Source: a virus
Reading direction: 5' to 3' (one strand)
IMG/VR virus record: IMGVR_UViG_3300026097_000011
Span: 64,001 to 128,000 of that record
Length of the DNA stretch: 64,000 bases
The notes beneath the pieces are model-generated. The model saw only the letters and a list, made by a program, of their open reading frames with translations, was not told the DNA's origin and did not search any database. A program made the translations under genes and the position numbers. Every line of letters starts with the position of its first letter. Within the stretch, counting starts at the first letter, position 1. Shown in pieces: positions 8,620 to 18,356 of the stretch.

Positions 8620-10131
8620 TTATATTTGTTCAAACAAAGCATCATAATCATCATCTTGCATACTTGATGTTACAATATCACCTGATGAGTTATCAGTCAG
8701 TGCTTTCATTTGTGGTTGAGTAGCATGATTCATTTCTGCTCGTACTTGATCAACCATTCCAGCTCCATTATCATCGTCGCTGTAGTATTCACTATTCATA
8801 CCTGACTCTTCTTCTAATCTGAAGTGATCCTTATTCATAGTGTAAAATTTATAACTTTCTTCATACCCATTATCACGATTAGCAATAACTTTGATTTTCA
8901 TTCTTCCTTCTAACGGACTTCTCATTAGTCCATATAATGCATCAACTGTGTGTACTAATCCAAATGATTCAGCAACTGAATCCATTCCTAAGTCAAAGTT
9001 ATCCACATCATCTCTTCTAATCTGAGTTGCAGATATAACACACCATTCATTTCTCATCGCAACTCCTCTTAATTCTTCACAAATAGCTTTTACCTTTTCA
9101 TATAATGCACTTTGATCTTTTATTGGCTTAAGAAGGTTTAGATAATCTACAACGATAACTTTAAATTTCTTGTTTAATTTGGTTTCTAATCTTAGAAAGT
9201 AATTCTCAATATCAATAGCAGTTGCTCCACCTGTTGGAAGTTCAACTACTTCAAGATGTCCAATCTTTCTACCTGAATCTTTAAGCTCTTGTATCTTATC
9301 AGCAACTAATCCCATTTGAGTTTCATCATTGATTTCTTCGTAGTCATCCTTTTTAATATTAAGGATGTTTGAACCTATACGTTTCATATAACTTCGATCA
9401 GCTAACTCAACTGTAACAAGTCCTGTATTGTTTCCTGCTAAAAATGACCTAGCCGCACAATTTCCAAGTACCATTGATTTACCTACCTTGGGTCTACCTT
9501 GGAATACAACTAATGTTTTTAAGTTCCATCCTCCACCTTGTGTCTTATCAATAAATTCGAAACCAGATGGTGTTCCAATTTTTGGAATTTGTATATGTGA
9601 TTTGGGATCTAGGAAACTTAATCCCTGTCCCGCATTGCTAAAACTAACAGATAATTTACCATTGATATCATTTCTAATCTTATCTGTAATTGAATCTATA
9701 TTCTCAGGATTAATCGCTGAAGTCTTTAAGAATGCTATCATATCAAACATTGTTAAATTAAGATTCCTTAGAAGAACGAACGACTTCACGTATTTATATA
9801 GGAAGTCGTAGTTATAGTCTTTAAGATTAAAAAGATATAATTCTTCGAATGCCTCATCATCTATAAAATAGTTATTAATTTCTAGATGCTTCTTTAGCTC
9901 ATTTTTATTTGGTATCTTAGAATGTTCTTTATAGAACTTAAGAGCAAATTTATAAGACTCATTTCTAGTTTCACTACCAAAATACTTAGGAAGAACCATT
10001 GTTATTAATTCTTCTCTAGTAAGAGAAGCATGATTATTAGGTTTTAGCTCATTCATATCATTGTCTGGATTCAGTATGAAATTCCAAACCATTGTTTCCA
10101 ACGAGTCGATATTTTCTGCGAAGTCTATCAT
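8620..10131 (-). CDS. Replicative DnaB-family helicase (T4 gp41-like)
   Basis: Walker A GRPKVGKS, VVDYLNL, SATQIRR, AESFGL. Confidence 0.92.
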   Translation of the reverse strand: MIDFAENIDSLETMVWNFILNPDNDMNELKPNNHASLTREELITMVLPKYFGSETRNESYKFALKFYKEHSKIPNKNELKKHLEINNYFIDDEAFEELYLFNLKDYNYDFLYKYVKSFVLLRNLNLTMFDMIAFLKTSAINPENIDSITDKIRNDINGKLSVSFSNAGQGLSFLDPKSHIQIPKIGTPSGFEFIDKTQGGGWNLKTLVVFQGRPKVGKSMVLGNCAARSFLAGNNTGLVTVELADRSYMKRIGSNILNIKKDDYEEINDETQMGLVADKIQELKDSGRKIGHLEVVELPTGGATAIDIENYFLRLETKLNKKFKVIVVDYLNLLKPIKDQSALYEKVKAICEELRGVAMRNEWCVISATQIRRDDVDNFDLGMDSVAESFGLVHTVDALYGLMRSPLEGRMKIKVIANRDNGYEESYKFYTMNKDHFRLEEESGMNSEYYSDDDNGAGMVDQVRAEMNHATQPQMKALTDNSSGDIVTSSMQDDDYDALFEQI

Positions 10132-10490
10132 TTACTTATATTATAAAAATTATTAATCATTTTTTCTGTGATGAACATGGATTTATTTTTAGGTTCTATC
10201 CATCCAATTGCTATCATCTCTTTTATTTTAGACACTACATATGTTTTAAAGTCTTCGTCTTTTATACTGTCCCCAAATATATATTTTAAAGTTTTAGATG
10301 TGAACTTCATATTATTAAGCTCAAGAATCTTATTATCACTAGATTCTATTTGATCAATCACATATTTAATTAACTCGAACCCAATGGAGTCCCTTTCAAT
10401 AAAGGACTCCATTAAGTGCATGTTAAGGTGATATTTAATAGATATGTCTTCTTTAATCGTTAGAGTCATCGGCTTCTTTTTCAAGTTCAT
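10128..10490 (-). CDS. Hypothetical protein, possible winged helix
   Basis: 120 aa ORF overlapping uvsX end and helicase start. Confidence 0.55.
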   Translation of the reverse strand: MNLKKKPMTLTIKEDISIKYHLNMHLMESFIERDSIGFELIKYVIDQIESSDNKILELNNMKFTSKTLKYIFGDSIKDEDFKTYVVSKIKEMIAIGWIEPKNKSMFITEKMINNFYNISK

Positions 10491-11694
10491 CTAAATCATT
10501 CTCAATTTGTAATTCTAATTGCTCTACTGCTTCAATATCTGCTAGTGAGCTATATTTGAATTTAGGCTGAATTACATTTTTGTCTAATTCATCAATCACT
10601 TGATCTGTAAATACACGTGAAGTGAATATTTCTCTCCATGGAACTACATCTCCATTACACCTAAGGATAAAGTTACGAGCTGCCCCTTTAGGTCTAAAGT
10701 AGAACTTCTCTCCATCTACTTCAAACTCAGAACAAGCTTCAGCTTCAGCACTGCTTAATTTTTTGAATTCTTTTTCTGTTAATTTATTTCCTCGTTCAAC
10801 TCCACAGTTTTCCCAAGATAAGTAATCCTGCAATCCTACATACGGATTCATACCCTTGTGGAATGAAATATGAATTTCTATTTTTTCAGGTTTAGCTAAA
10901 CGATTCTTATCAGTTTCGCTTCTAACTTTTACTCCTGTTTTTTCCTTTCCAGTTTCTTTTGATGTATTATCATCATCTGCTCTTAACACTCCCTTTGAAA
11001 GCATCATTACAACTGATGCGGAATATAGAGGACCCGATCCTCCGCTCATTGCCTTAGGAGAATATTGATCCATACTTGAGTATGTGTGAGATGTGAAAAT
11101 TAATGGAATTTTTAAGTTAGACAGCTTTAAAGTAAATGACTTAAACAATTGCCTAAGTTCCTTTGCTCTAAGACCCATGTCTTGTGCGTTACTTCCTTTT
11201 GCTCTATCTTCAACTTCTTTATTTGTTTCAAGATGTGTAAGTGAATCGACGATTAGCATAATCTTAATATCTGGATTCTCTTCTTTCATCTTGATAATAT
11301 CGTGGATATAAAACTTAACCTCTGATATTACCCCAATTCTAGTATAGCTCAATAGATCCATATTGATACCAAAATTAGAAAAATCTTTTTTATCTAGGGC
11401 TCCCTCTGTATCTATATAGAAAACAGCATATCCCATCTCCTGTGCGTTTTTAATTGCATTTAGACAAAGGAACGTTTTACCGGTTCCAGAATCTCCACCT
11501 ATCCCTAAGCTTCTTGCATTTGGATATCCTCCTCTAAGTGATCCTGACATTTGAGCATTTAACAAATAATTCCCAGTTGGAATGAATTCTGTAATGTCTG
11601 AGAATCCCATAAGGTCAACTCTTTTCTTGGTGGTCTTTTCTAGCTTGCTATTAAAGCTACTAAATGCCGAGATTAAATCTTTAGTATTTGACAT
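10453..11694 (-). CDS. uvsX: RecA/UvsX recombinase
   Basis: IPTGNYLLN, Walker A GDSGTGKT, YIDTEGA, IVDSL, SGGSGPLY, KNR. Confidence 0.92.
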   Translation of the reverse strand: MSNTKDLISAFSSFNSKLEKTTKKRVDLMGFSDITEFIPTGNYLLNAQMSGSLRGGYPNARSLGIGGDSGTGKTFLCLNAIKNAQEMGYAVFYIDTEGALDKKDFSNFGINMDLLSYTRIGVISEVKFYIHDIIKMKEENPDIKIMLIVDSLTHLETNKEVEDRAKGSNAQDMGLRAKELRQLFKSFTLKLSNLKIPLIFTSHTYSSMDQYSPKAMSGGSGPLYSASVVMMLSKGVLRADDDNTSKETGKEKTGVKVRSETDKNRLAKPEKIEIHISFHKGMNPYVGLQDYLSWENCGVERGNKLTEKEFKKLSSAEAEACSEFEVDGEKFYFRPKGAARNFILRCNGDVVPWREIFTSRVFTDQVIDELDKNVIQPKFKYSSLADIEAVEQLELQIENDLDELEKEADDSND

Positions 11695-11716
11695 AGTATT
11701 CTTCTTTTTTAGTAAT

Positions 11717-11743
11717 ATTTTACTACGGAATACCCTAAAGTTT
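11717..11743 (-). promoter_or_regulatory. Pre-late promoter AAAC-N16-GTAAAAT upstream of uvsX
   Basis: Minus strand aaac-tttagggtattccgta-gtaaaat. Confidence 0.6.
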
Positions 11744-11745
11744 TG

Positions 11746-12297
11746 TTATTCTACATATGAAATTAGTAAAAGTGCAGCAGACATTGTTAATGAATCCTCA
11801 ATGTCACCTTTTAGAATTCTTGTCAATTTTATTTTGTCAAGACTATATAGTTTATTATCCTTTTCCTCATCTGATAAATCAAGTGAAAATCCATTAAGAT
11901 CCTTTGAATGATTATCTAAATTTAACCCATAGCATTTATAGGTTTTAGAGAAAGGTAAATTATGATTTATGTTTCCTAAAAAGTAAAGATCATTAACATC
12001 AGCGTCTACTCCTAGCTCTACATTAACTAATTCATGTAGTTCTTCAAATAGGGTATCTGTGTTTTCTTTGAAATCTGAAATAATGCACGTATGTCCTTGG
12101 TCATTACTTAAATAATCAACATACCGTGCAAGATATACGTTTTTTATTTTTCCGTTTAATGTATCAAATGGAACTAAACATATTCCATCTACATCACATA
12201 TAACTCTTCTTAAATTAGTAGATCCATTTGAAATACTAACAATTCGATATTTTCCATCTTGGTATTCTTCTTTAGATTCAAAACTATTTTTATTCAT
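11746..12297 (-). CDS. Hypothetical protein, possibly a degenerate NUDIX fold
   Basis: Overall pattern resembles ADP-ribose pyrophosphatase-like proteins but has no intact Nudix box. Confidence 0.45.
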   Translation of the reverse strand: MNKNSFESKEEYQDGKYRIVSISNGSTNLRRVICDVDGICLVPFDTLNGKIKNVYLARYVDYLSNDQGHTCIISDFKENTDTLFEELHELVNVELGVDADVNDLYFLGNINHNLPFSKTYKCYGLNLDNHSKDLNGFSLDLSDEEKDNKLYSLDKIKLTRILKGDIEDSLTMSAALLLISYVE

Positions 12298-13015
12298 CTT
12301 TGATTTCGGTTAAATTTACCTCAGGTGTTTCTTCCTTTTTAGGTGCAGCTTTTTTAGGATCAAGCATTTTAGTTATTGATCCGCTTACTACACTATTATT
12401 TATCATTGATGTTACGTAATTAGATAATTGATCTATGAATTCATTTTTGTCCTCAGCATTGTTATACATCATCTTTAAAAGTTTTTTATCTGGCAATTTA
12501 ATTTTGACTTTTATTAAGAGTTCAGTTTCATCTGAATTAAACATTTCGAACGGGTTTTGAACAGGAACATCATGTTTAGTTGGCTCAGTATTATTCAAAG
12601 GTTGGCCCGTTTTAGTATCAAAGTTAGCAGGAGGAATATTTGTATCTGCCACTTTTTTCTCTGGAATAACTTCTCCATTCGCTAGCTTTGTTTCAGGTAT
12701 AACGTCTACTTTTTTAGGAGCATGTATTGCATTAACTTCATCTATCGTAAGTGGAGGAATATCTCCATGTATCATCATAAGTTTATTATTAAGATCTTTT
12801 ACATGGACCTTTGATCCATCGTCAAATACAGCTGTTCCATCAGGTCTTATATCTCTAACCTTAACTAATTTTCCTTTTAGTTCAAGTCGATCAGTTTTAA
12901 TCCACTGGAACTGTTGACCTGCGAAATTTTGTTGATAACTAATTAATTGTTCTTCTGATAGCATATCTTTTTTATTTTTTTGTAGTATCGATTGTGCCCA
13001 TTTTCTTAAACTCAT
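12290..13015 (-). CDS. Hypothetical protein
   Basis: 241 aa ORF with Pro/Lys-rich linker; no PolB motifs. Confidence 0.6.
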   Translation of the reverse strand: MSLRKWAQSILQKNKKDMLSEEQLISYQQNFAGQQFQWIKTDRLELKGKLVKVRDIRPDGTAVFDDGSKVHVKDLNNKLMMIHGDIPPLTIDEVNAIHAPKKVDVIPETKLANGEVIPEKKVADTNIPPANFDTKTGQPLNNTEPTKHDVPVQNPFEMFNSDETELLIKVKIKLPDKKLLKMMYNNAEDKNEFIDQLSNYVTSMINNSVVSGSITKMLDPKKAAPKKEETPEVNLTEIKDE

Positions 13016-13081
13016 ATTTATAGGTATTTTTAAATGTAGTAGAAGATACCCACTTAATATTTTCTATAATCACACTATACA

Positions 13082-14518
13082 TCACTTTCTATTAAATTTT
13101 AAATCTTTTATTTCCTCTTGTGCTTCTATCCTAGCATTATATAATCTTTCTAATATAACTCTTGCTACTGAATCTTTTTGACTATCAAATAGGGTATTAT
13201 TTTTAGTTGTAATTTCAGTACCGTTTGTTTTAACCATTCCTATTTTTCCAAGATATGCAGACGGACAACAATTAAATTGCATTTGAATATTAGGGTACAT
13301 AGATTTAAAATCATAACACGATACAAATTTATAATATCCAGGAACTGGCGGCATTACATATGCCCCAGCATACGTTGAATCTTCTTCATCGGAATTACTT
13401 TGATATCCTTTCTTAAGCATTTTAAGATTTGAATTCAAAAACTGACGACACATTAATACTTCAGTAATATGAACTGGGCTAAATACTTTATTCACTTCAA
13501 TTTCTGCTACATTTGCTGTAGAAAACGCAACTTCAAGTAATCCAAATTTATCTTCTAATAACTTCACTAGAATATTATCAATAATGTTGTATAAAGTAAA
13601 TAAGTAGACATCTTGTTGAAATTCTCTAAAGCTTTTATATGGATGTTTTAACTTAGAAGTATTTAATGCCTTTGATGCAATATAATCAAGAGTATAATTT
13701 TCAACTACTTTATATGGCTTATATCCTGGATCAATAAATAGTTGCATATAATCCACAATTCCCATATGAGTTGGTAATTTGTGTCTTTTTGAGAAGGTTT
13801 TTCTAGAAGTCATATTCTTAAGTGAATCAACTCCAATTTTAGAAGTTCTATTCATTAGATACTGCCAATCAAAATCTACAACATTCCATCCTGTTAGAAA
13901 TGGTTGTCTAGGGGCAATTTGGTGAAAATAAAATTCTAGAAGCTCTTTTTCACTATTAAAAAACTTATGCTTGATTGTGAAATCCTGATCTAGTATTTTT
14001 CTATCTTTAGGATCATGTGGAATTGTATTTTTGAAGTAATCATTTACTTCGACTTCCATTCTTTTGATATCATCGTCACTTAGTCCATTTGGATGTTCTT
14101 TAGAATCCATGATTGATAATACATAATTAACACCATCTTCATTACAAAAAGAAATCATGCCAACTGGCATTTTAACCTCTTCTGGTTTTGGAAACTCATC
14201 ACTTGTTAATTTAATCTCTATATCGATATAGTCCTTTTTTGGAAAATTTTCAAAATTATAGATTAGTGCTTTTTCTTGCGGAGTTAACTTATCAATAATG
14301 AGTTCCTCTAGTCTAGTTCGAGTTAACCATTTTGGATCAGATGATTCTTGTTTAATAAAAGTACCGTCCCAGTTTTTATACTGGGACGGGCGGTTATGTT
14401 CCACCCAATTAAATATTTCGTGTTCTGCTAGTCTCTTTCTAATATATGCTATTTTTCCATCAGCATCATAATATGAGATCATTAAATCACGTTCTTGTAC
14501 TTCTACACCAATTATCAT
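13082..14518 (-). CDS. Family B DNA polymerase, N-terminal subunit only (exonuclease, motif A and first finger helix)
   Basis: ExoI DIEI, ExoII GWNVVDFD, ExoIII YNIID, YAGAYV, motif A DFKSMYPNI; stops after LYNARIEAQEEIK, with no KxxxNSxYG or DTDS. Confidence 0.88.
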   Translation of the reverse strand: MIIGVEVQERDLMISYYDADGKIAYIRKRLAEHEIFNWVEHNRPSQYKNWDGTFIKQESSDPKWLTRTRLEELIIDKLTPQEKALIYNFENFPKKDYIDIEIKLTSDEFPKPEEVKMPVGMISFCNEDGVNYVLSIMDSKEHPNGLSDDDIKRMEVEVNDYFKNTIPHDPKDRKILDQDFTIKHKFFNSEKELLEFYFHQIAPRQPFLTGWNVVDFDWQYLMNRTSKIGVDSLKNMTSRKTFSKRHKLPTHMGIVDYMQLFIDPGYKPYKVVENYTLDYIASKALNTSKLKHPYKSFREFQQDVYLFTLYNIIDNILVKLLEDKFGLLEVAFSTANVAEIEVNKVFSPVHITEVLMCRQFLNSNLKMLKKGYQSNSDEEDSTYAGAYVMPPVPGYYKFVSCYDFKSMYPNIQMQFNCCPSAYLGKIGMVKTNGTEITTKNNTLFDSQKDSVARVILERLYNARIEAQEEIKDLKFNRK

Positions 14519-14521
14519 ATA

Positions 14522-14770
14522 TTAAAAATTAGGAATGAACATTTCATTTACATGACCACATGATGCGCACGCAACTACTGGAATTGGTGTAATTGTATCG
14601 CGATCTGCTCCAGTTAAAAACTTAGATACTTTTTTCATCATCATTGCTTCTATGAATACTTTACCTTCGCATTTTTCACACTTAACATCTTTTGCATCTT
14701 TTAAATGAGCATTGGGTCCATGTGTTTGTGCTCCTTCTCCTTTGTTTGGATTATCTCCTTCTATGTGCAT
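14522..14770 (-). CDS. Small zinc-ribbon protein
   Basis: CEKC...CASCGH. Confidence 0.7.
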   Translation of the reverse strand: MHIEGDNPNKGEGAQTHGPNAHLKDAKDVKCEKCEGKVFIEAMMMKKVSKFLTGADRDTITPIPVVACASCGHVNEMFIPNF

Positions 14771-14890
14771 ATTAATTATTTTTTAGTTATTGTAAACTTA
14801 TTTGTTAATCAATTAGTTTATTATACTGTGGTATGACTGCTCGGATCTTCAAATTTAGATATTTTTTAGGTTTATTATAGATTGTATTGA

Positions 14891-14898
14891 ATAAATAA
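14891..14898 (+). promoter_or_regulatory. Late promoter ATAAATAA
   Basis: About 19 nt upstream of the ATG at 14917. Confidence 0.7.
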
Positions 14899-14916
14899 TA
14901 AAAAATATCTTTGAAA

Positions 14917-17871
14917 ATGGCCGAAAGAAGGATCAATTTAAATAATTACAAGGCAAGTGGTGTATATACCATAGAAGTAGATGAGAGTGCAAATATAGCA
15001 CTTCCATTAACATCAGGGAGACTTGTAGTAGGTTCAAGTAGAATTGGACCATTCAACACAATCGTTTTAATTAACGACTTAAGAACATTAAAAGCAGTAT
15101 TTGGAGAAATAGACCCGAAACTAGAAAAAGCAGGAGGATATTTCCACAGATCAATCGAAGTAGCGCTTAGAGAAGGTCCAGTGTTTGCATTGAATGTATT
15201 ACCACTAGATACTGAAACAGACATTGATTTAAACCTAGATCAAGCTACTTTTACAACGTTTAACACAGAATCATCTGCAAATAACGAGGATGGAAATCCT
15301 TTAACTAACCCAATTGTTAATTTCTTTAACAAGAGAAGATTATGGTTTGCTGATGCAGAAGAACTTAATAAAACTAAAAACCTAGCAACAGGTGATGATT
15401 TTATATCTAATCCAGGTGGATTTGGAAATACATCAATATCATCTAATAAACTATTATCGTTTGTTAACACAGGAAAAGCCAATACAACAATATGGGTTAG
15501 AAGAGCAGCTACTACTGGTTTTGATATCACGGCCAAAGAATGGTATAATACTATCGGTGGTGGAGAAGAAATTCAATTCCCAGCATATGTAAGTGATGAT
15601 GATTTTATATCAGATTACATGGTTGAGGTAATTATGATTAATGGAAATTGGACAAACTATTTAAAGTTATCTAAAGATCCAATTTACAAACAATTCTTTG
15701 ATGCATCCGGATTAATTGATTCAAGATCATCAGATTTCTTTGCATTGAGAGAGGTTTCAGTTATCAGTAGAACAATTGGATGTTTAATCCCTGATTTTAT
15801 CGATCAAACTGGAAACTCAATTTCAATAGATAGATTAGTTAATAGACTGTTTCCAACTACTGGAATTATGTGTGCTATTGACTCAGACAAATTAGATTTA
15901 ATTGATCTTGAAAATACATCATTTAACGATGTTGAAGTAGATACACATAGAATTGATACAATTGGACATGGTTACGATGAATTAATGTATACAGCGGATG
16001 ATGGAGGGTTTGATTACACAGGAGCAGTTACACCTGCAACTCCACTAATTGACACATTGTCATACTGTAAACCGGCAGATGGAACATTAATATTTTCAGC
16101 TGAGTCAGCTAATACTATTGCAGAGTCAGTGTTCTTAGCCGGAACTGGAATTGCATTAGGAGAAACTAGGGTAATTACAGGAGGTACTAATGTATATATG
16201 ATCGGAATGGCTGATTCTAAAATATATGATGCATATGCTAAAGGATTTATCAGAAATGGTGATATTATCAATGACGGTATTAACCAGTACTATTTAAAAA
16301 TTGAAGATGAATTAACTGTAACAGTTGGTCCATTGGAATTGAATTACATTAGAATTTTTGCATATGCTGATATTTCATTAATTAACAGAGTGGATATTAA
16401 CTTCTATACAAACGGAACAGATGAGTATATACAAATCGAGCCTGAAAATTCTGATGAATTTAAAAAAGTATTTGATTTAACAGATACTAATTTCTTCACA
16501 GATTATTCAGTTACTCAACCAAATGTTATTACACTTGGGATTAATACATCAAATATAGCTAATAAAGCAACAATTGATGAATTCCTTAAAGTAAACCACT
16601 ATATTAAGGGTAAAGTTATTGGAGATACTAGAGATAGACTATTGAAGATTATATCAGTGACATCGTCACAACAATTATCTCCTGCTAGATTAGAATATGT
16701 TGTAACTACAATGGCACCATCAGTTGATGAGATCAGCGGAATTGATGCTACTGGAAATAACCTTAATGTATATAAAGGAATTTCAAACTTTATTGGGGAA
16801 CTTAGAGGTCAGTATTTAAAAGGATTTAAGGTTAGAGAGGCATTATTGCCAAACTCAACTGCAGCTAGACAATCTGAAATATTAAGTTACTTATTTGACT
16901 TTACATCAATTCCGCAAGCACTAGCTGGAAAAGAGGTAATTGATTTTAGATACGTTGTAGATACATACGAGGGAGAAATATCTTCTTCTAGTAAGTATTA
17001 CTTATCTAAGATTTGTGCAATGCACGGTCAATCTATGGCACTTTTAAATGCACCTTCAATTAAACAATTTGAGCAATCAGTAGATCCGAGTTTTATTGAT
17101 ACTACTAATAAGTTGGTATCAACTAGGCACATTTCAACTGGGGGAAATTTGAGTCTTAATCCTAGCTTTACATTTGATTTTGCTGAAGAGGATGTAAATG
17201 GGGTTCCATTATCATCTTATTCAATGTTTAACTTCCCTAACTTAATTATAAGAAACGGAAATAGAAATATATCAGTACCACCAGCAGCATACATATCTAA
17301 CTTATACGTTAGAAAATTCAGAAATGGTCAACCATTCTTGATTGTAGCCGGTGGAAAAAGAGGAGTTATTACAGATCCAGAATTAGTTGGAGTTGAATAC
17401 GAACTTACCGATGAGGATAGAGCATTCTTAGAGCCAATTGGACATAACTTAATAGTTAAAAGAAGAGGATTTGGAACTTTATTGTTCTCGAATAACACGG
17501 CTTATCAAAGAATTAACTCAGCACTTAATAATGCTCACGTTAGAGATAACCTTTCTACAATTGAAAGAGACTTAGCTAGAATCTTATTCAACTTCTTGTT
17601 TGATTTCAATGATGAAATTACAAGACTTAGAGTTAAGACAATAGTTGAAAACTATCTAGACGCAGTAGTTAGTGCAAGAGGATTAAGTTCTTATGACGTT
17701 ATATTCGATAAGAGTAATAATGGTGATGAGGTAATTGAAAACAATGCAGCAATTATCGATGTATTGGTTGATTTCCCAAGAGGAATTCATAAATTCATTA
17801 ATAGAATTACAATTACTAGAGTTGGTGGAGGATTAAGTTCAGAATCTACAGGATTTACACCAAGTTTCTAA
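14917..17871 (+). CDS. Contractile tail sheath protein (gp18-like, with large insertions)
   Basis: N-terminal SGVYTIEVDES and GPFNT; C-terminal VPPAAY, AGGKRG, SALNNAHVR, FDFNDEITR, DKSNN motifs. Confidence 0.9.
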   Translation: MAERRINLNNYKASGVYTIEVDESANIALPLTSGRLVVGSSRIGPFNTIVLINDLRTLKAVFGEIDPKLEKAGGYFHRSIEVALREGPVFALNVLPLDTETDIDLNLDQATFTTFNTESSANNEDGNPLTNPIVNFFNKRRLWFADAEELNKTKNLATGDDFISNPGGFGNTSISSNKLLSFVNTGKANTTIWVRRAATTGFDITAKEWYNTIGGGEEIQFPAYVSDDDFISDYMVEVIMINGNWTNYLKLSKDPIYKQFFDASGLIDSRSSDFFALREVSVISRTIGCLIPDFIDQTGNSISIDRLVNRLFPTTGIMCAIDSDKLDLIDLENTSFNDVEVDTHRIDTIGHGYDELMYTADDGGFDYTGAVTPATPLIDTLSYCKPADGTLIFSAESANTIAESVFLAGTGIALGETRVITGGTNVYMIGMADSKIYDAYAKGFIRNGDIINDGINQYYLKIEDELTVTVGPLELNYIRIFAYADISLINRVDINFYTNGTDEYIQIEPENSDEFKKVFDLTDTNFFTDYSVTQPNVITLGINTSNIANKATIDEFLKVNHYIKGKVIGDTRDRLLKIISVTSSQQLSPARLEYVVTTMAPSVDEISGIDATGNNLNVYKGISNFIGELRGQYLKGFKVREALLPNSTAARQSEILSYLFDFTSIPQALAGKEVIDFRYVVDTYEGEISSSSKYYLSKICAMHGQSMALLNAPSIKQFEQSVDPSFIDTTNKLVSTRHISTGGNLSLNPSFTFDFAEEDVNGVPLSSYSMFNFPNLIIRNGNRNISVPPAAYISNLYVRKFRNGQPFLIVAGGKRGVITDPELVGVEYELTDEDRAFLEPIGHNLIVKRRGFGTLLFSNNTAYQRINSALNNAHVRDNLSTIERDLARILFNFLFDFNDEITRLRVKTIVENYLDAVVSARGLSSYDVIFDKSNNGDEVIENNAAIIDVLVDFPRGIHKFINRITITRVGGGLSSESTGFTPSF

Positions 17872-17894
17872 TTTAAAGATTCAAGTATATAAAG

Positions 17895-17924
17895 AAAAAG
17901 CCTAATCGAAAGATTAGGCTTTTT
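17895..17924. terminator. Bidirectional intrinsic terminator
   Basis: AAAAAGCCTAATC-GAAA-GATTAGGCTTTTT between convergent sheath and groES. Confidence 0.88.
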
Positions 17925-18056
17925 AGCTATTATAAGAGGCCTATGGTGGTTCCCGCGGATAGCCATTACCATACTAACTACCTTCGAGTGTATTTCTACA
18001 CTATTCTATTTTATTCACGTGGACATTACTCCTCAACCTTTTACGCATTATAATAT

Positions 18057-18356
18057 CTATTCATATTCGTCAAGTTCGATATCAGTGATATCATCAAGAA
18101 CTGCCATGATTTCATTTGACATAATCATGTAGTGTTTTTCACCTTTATATTTAAGTTCTGCTCCAGCAAATCTATTACATAGAACTAAATCTCCAGGTTT
18201 TACTGCCATTTCATTGTGGTGTGTTCCATCTCCACAAGCAATAACAGTACCGATATTTGGTCGCTTAACTGCTTTTTCAGGAAGCATAATTCCACTCTCG
18301 GTTTTTGTTTCTTTTTCGTTCGGTTTTATTAAAACTCTTTCGTATAATGGTTTCAT
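18057..18356 (-). CDS. groES: Co-chaperonin GroES
   Basis: MKPLYERVLI, TESGIMLP, VKPGDLVL. Confidence 0.95.
   Translation of the reverse strand: MKPLYERVLIKPNEKETKTESGIMLPEKAVKRPNIGTVIACGDGTHHNEMAVKPGDLVLCNRFAGAELKYKGEKHYMIMSNEIMAVLDDITDIELDEYE

Noticed and set aside
12290-13015. Possible C-terminal half of the split DNA polymerase
   Set aside because: No motif B or DTDS motif C in this ORF
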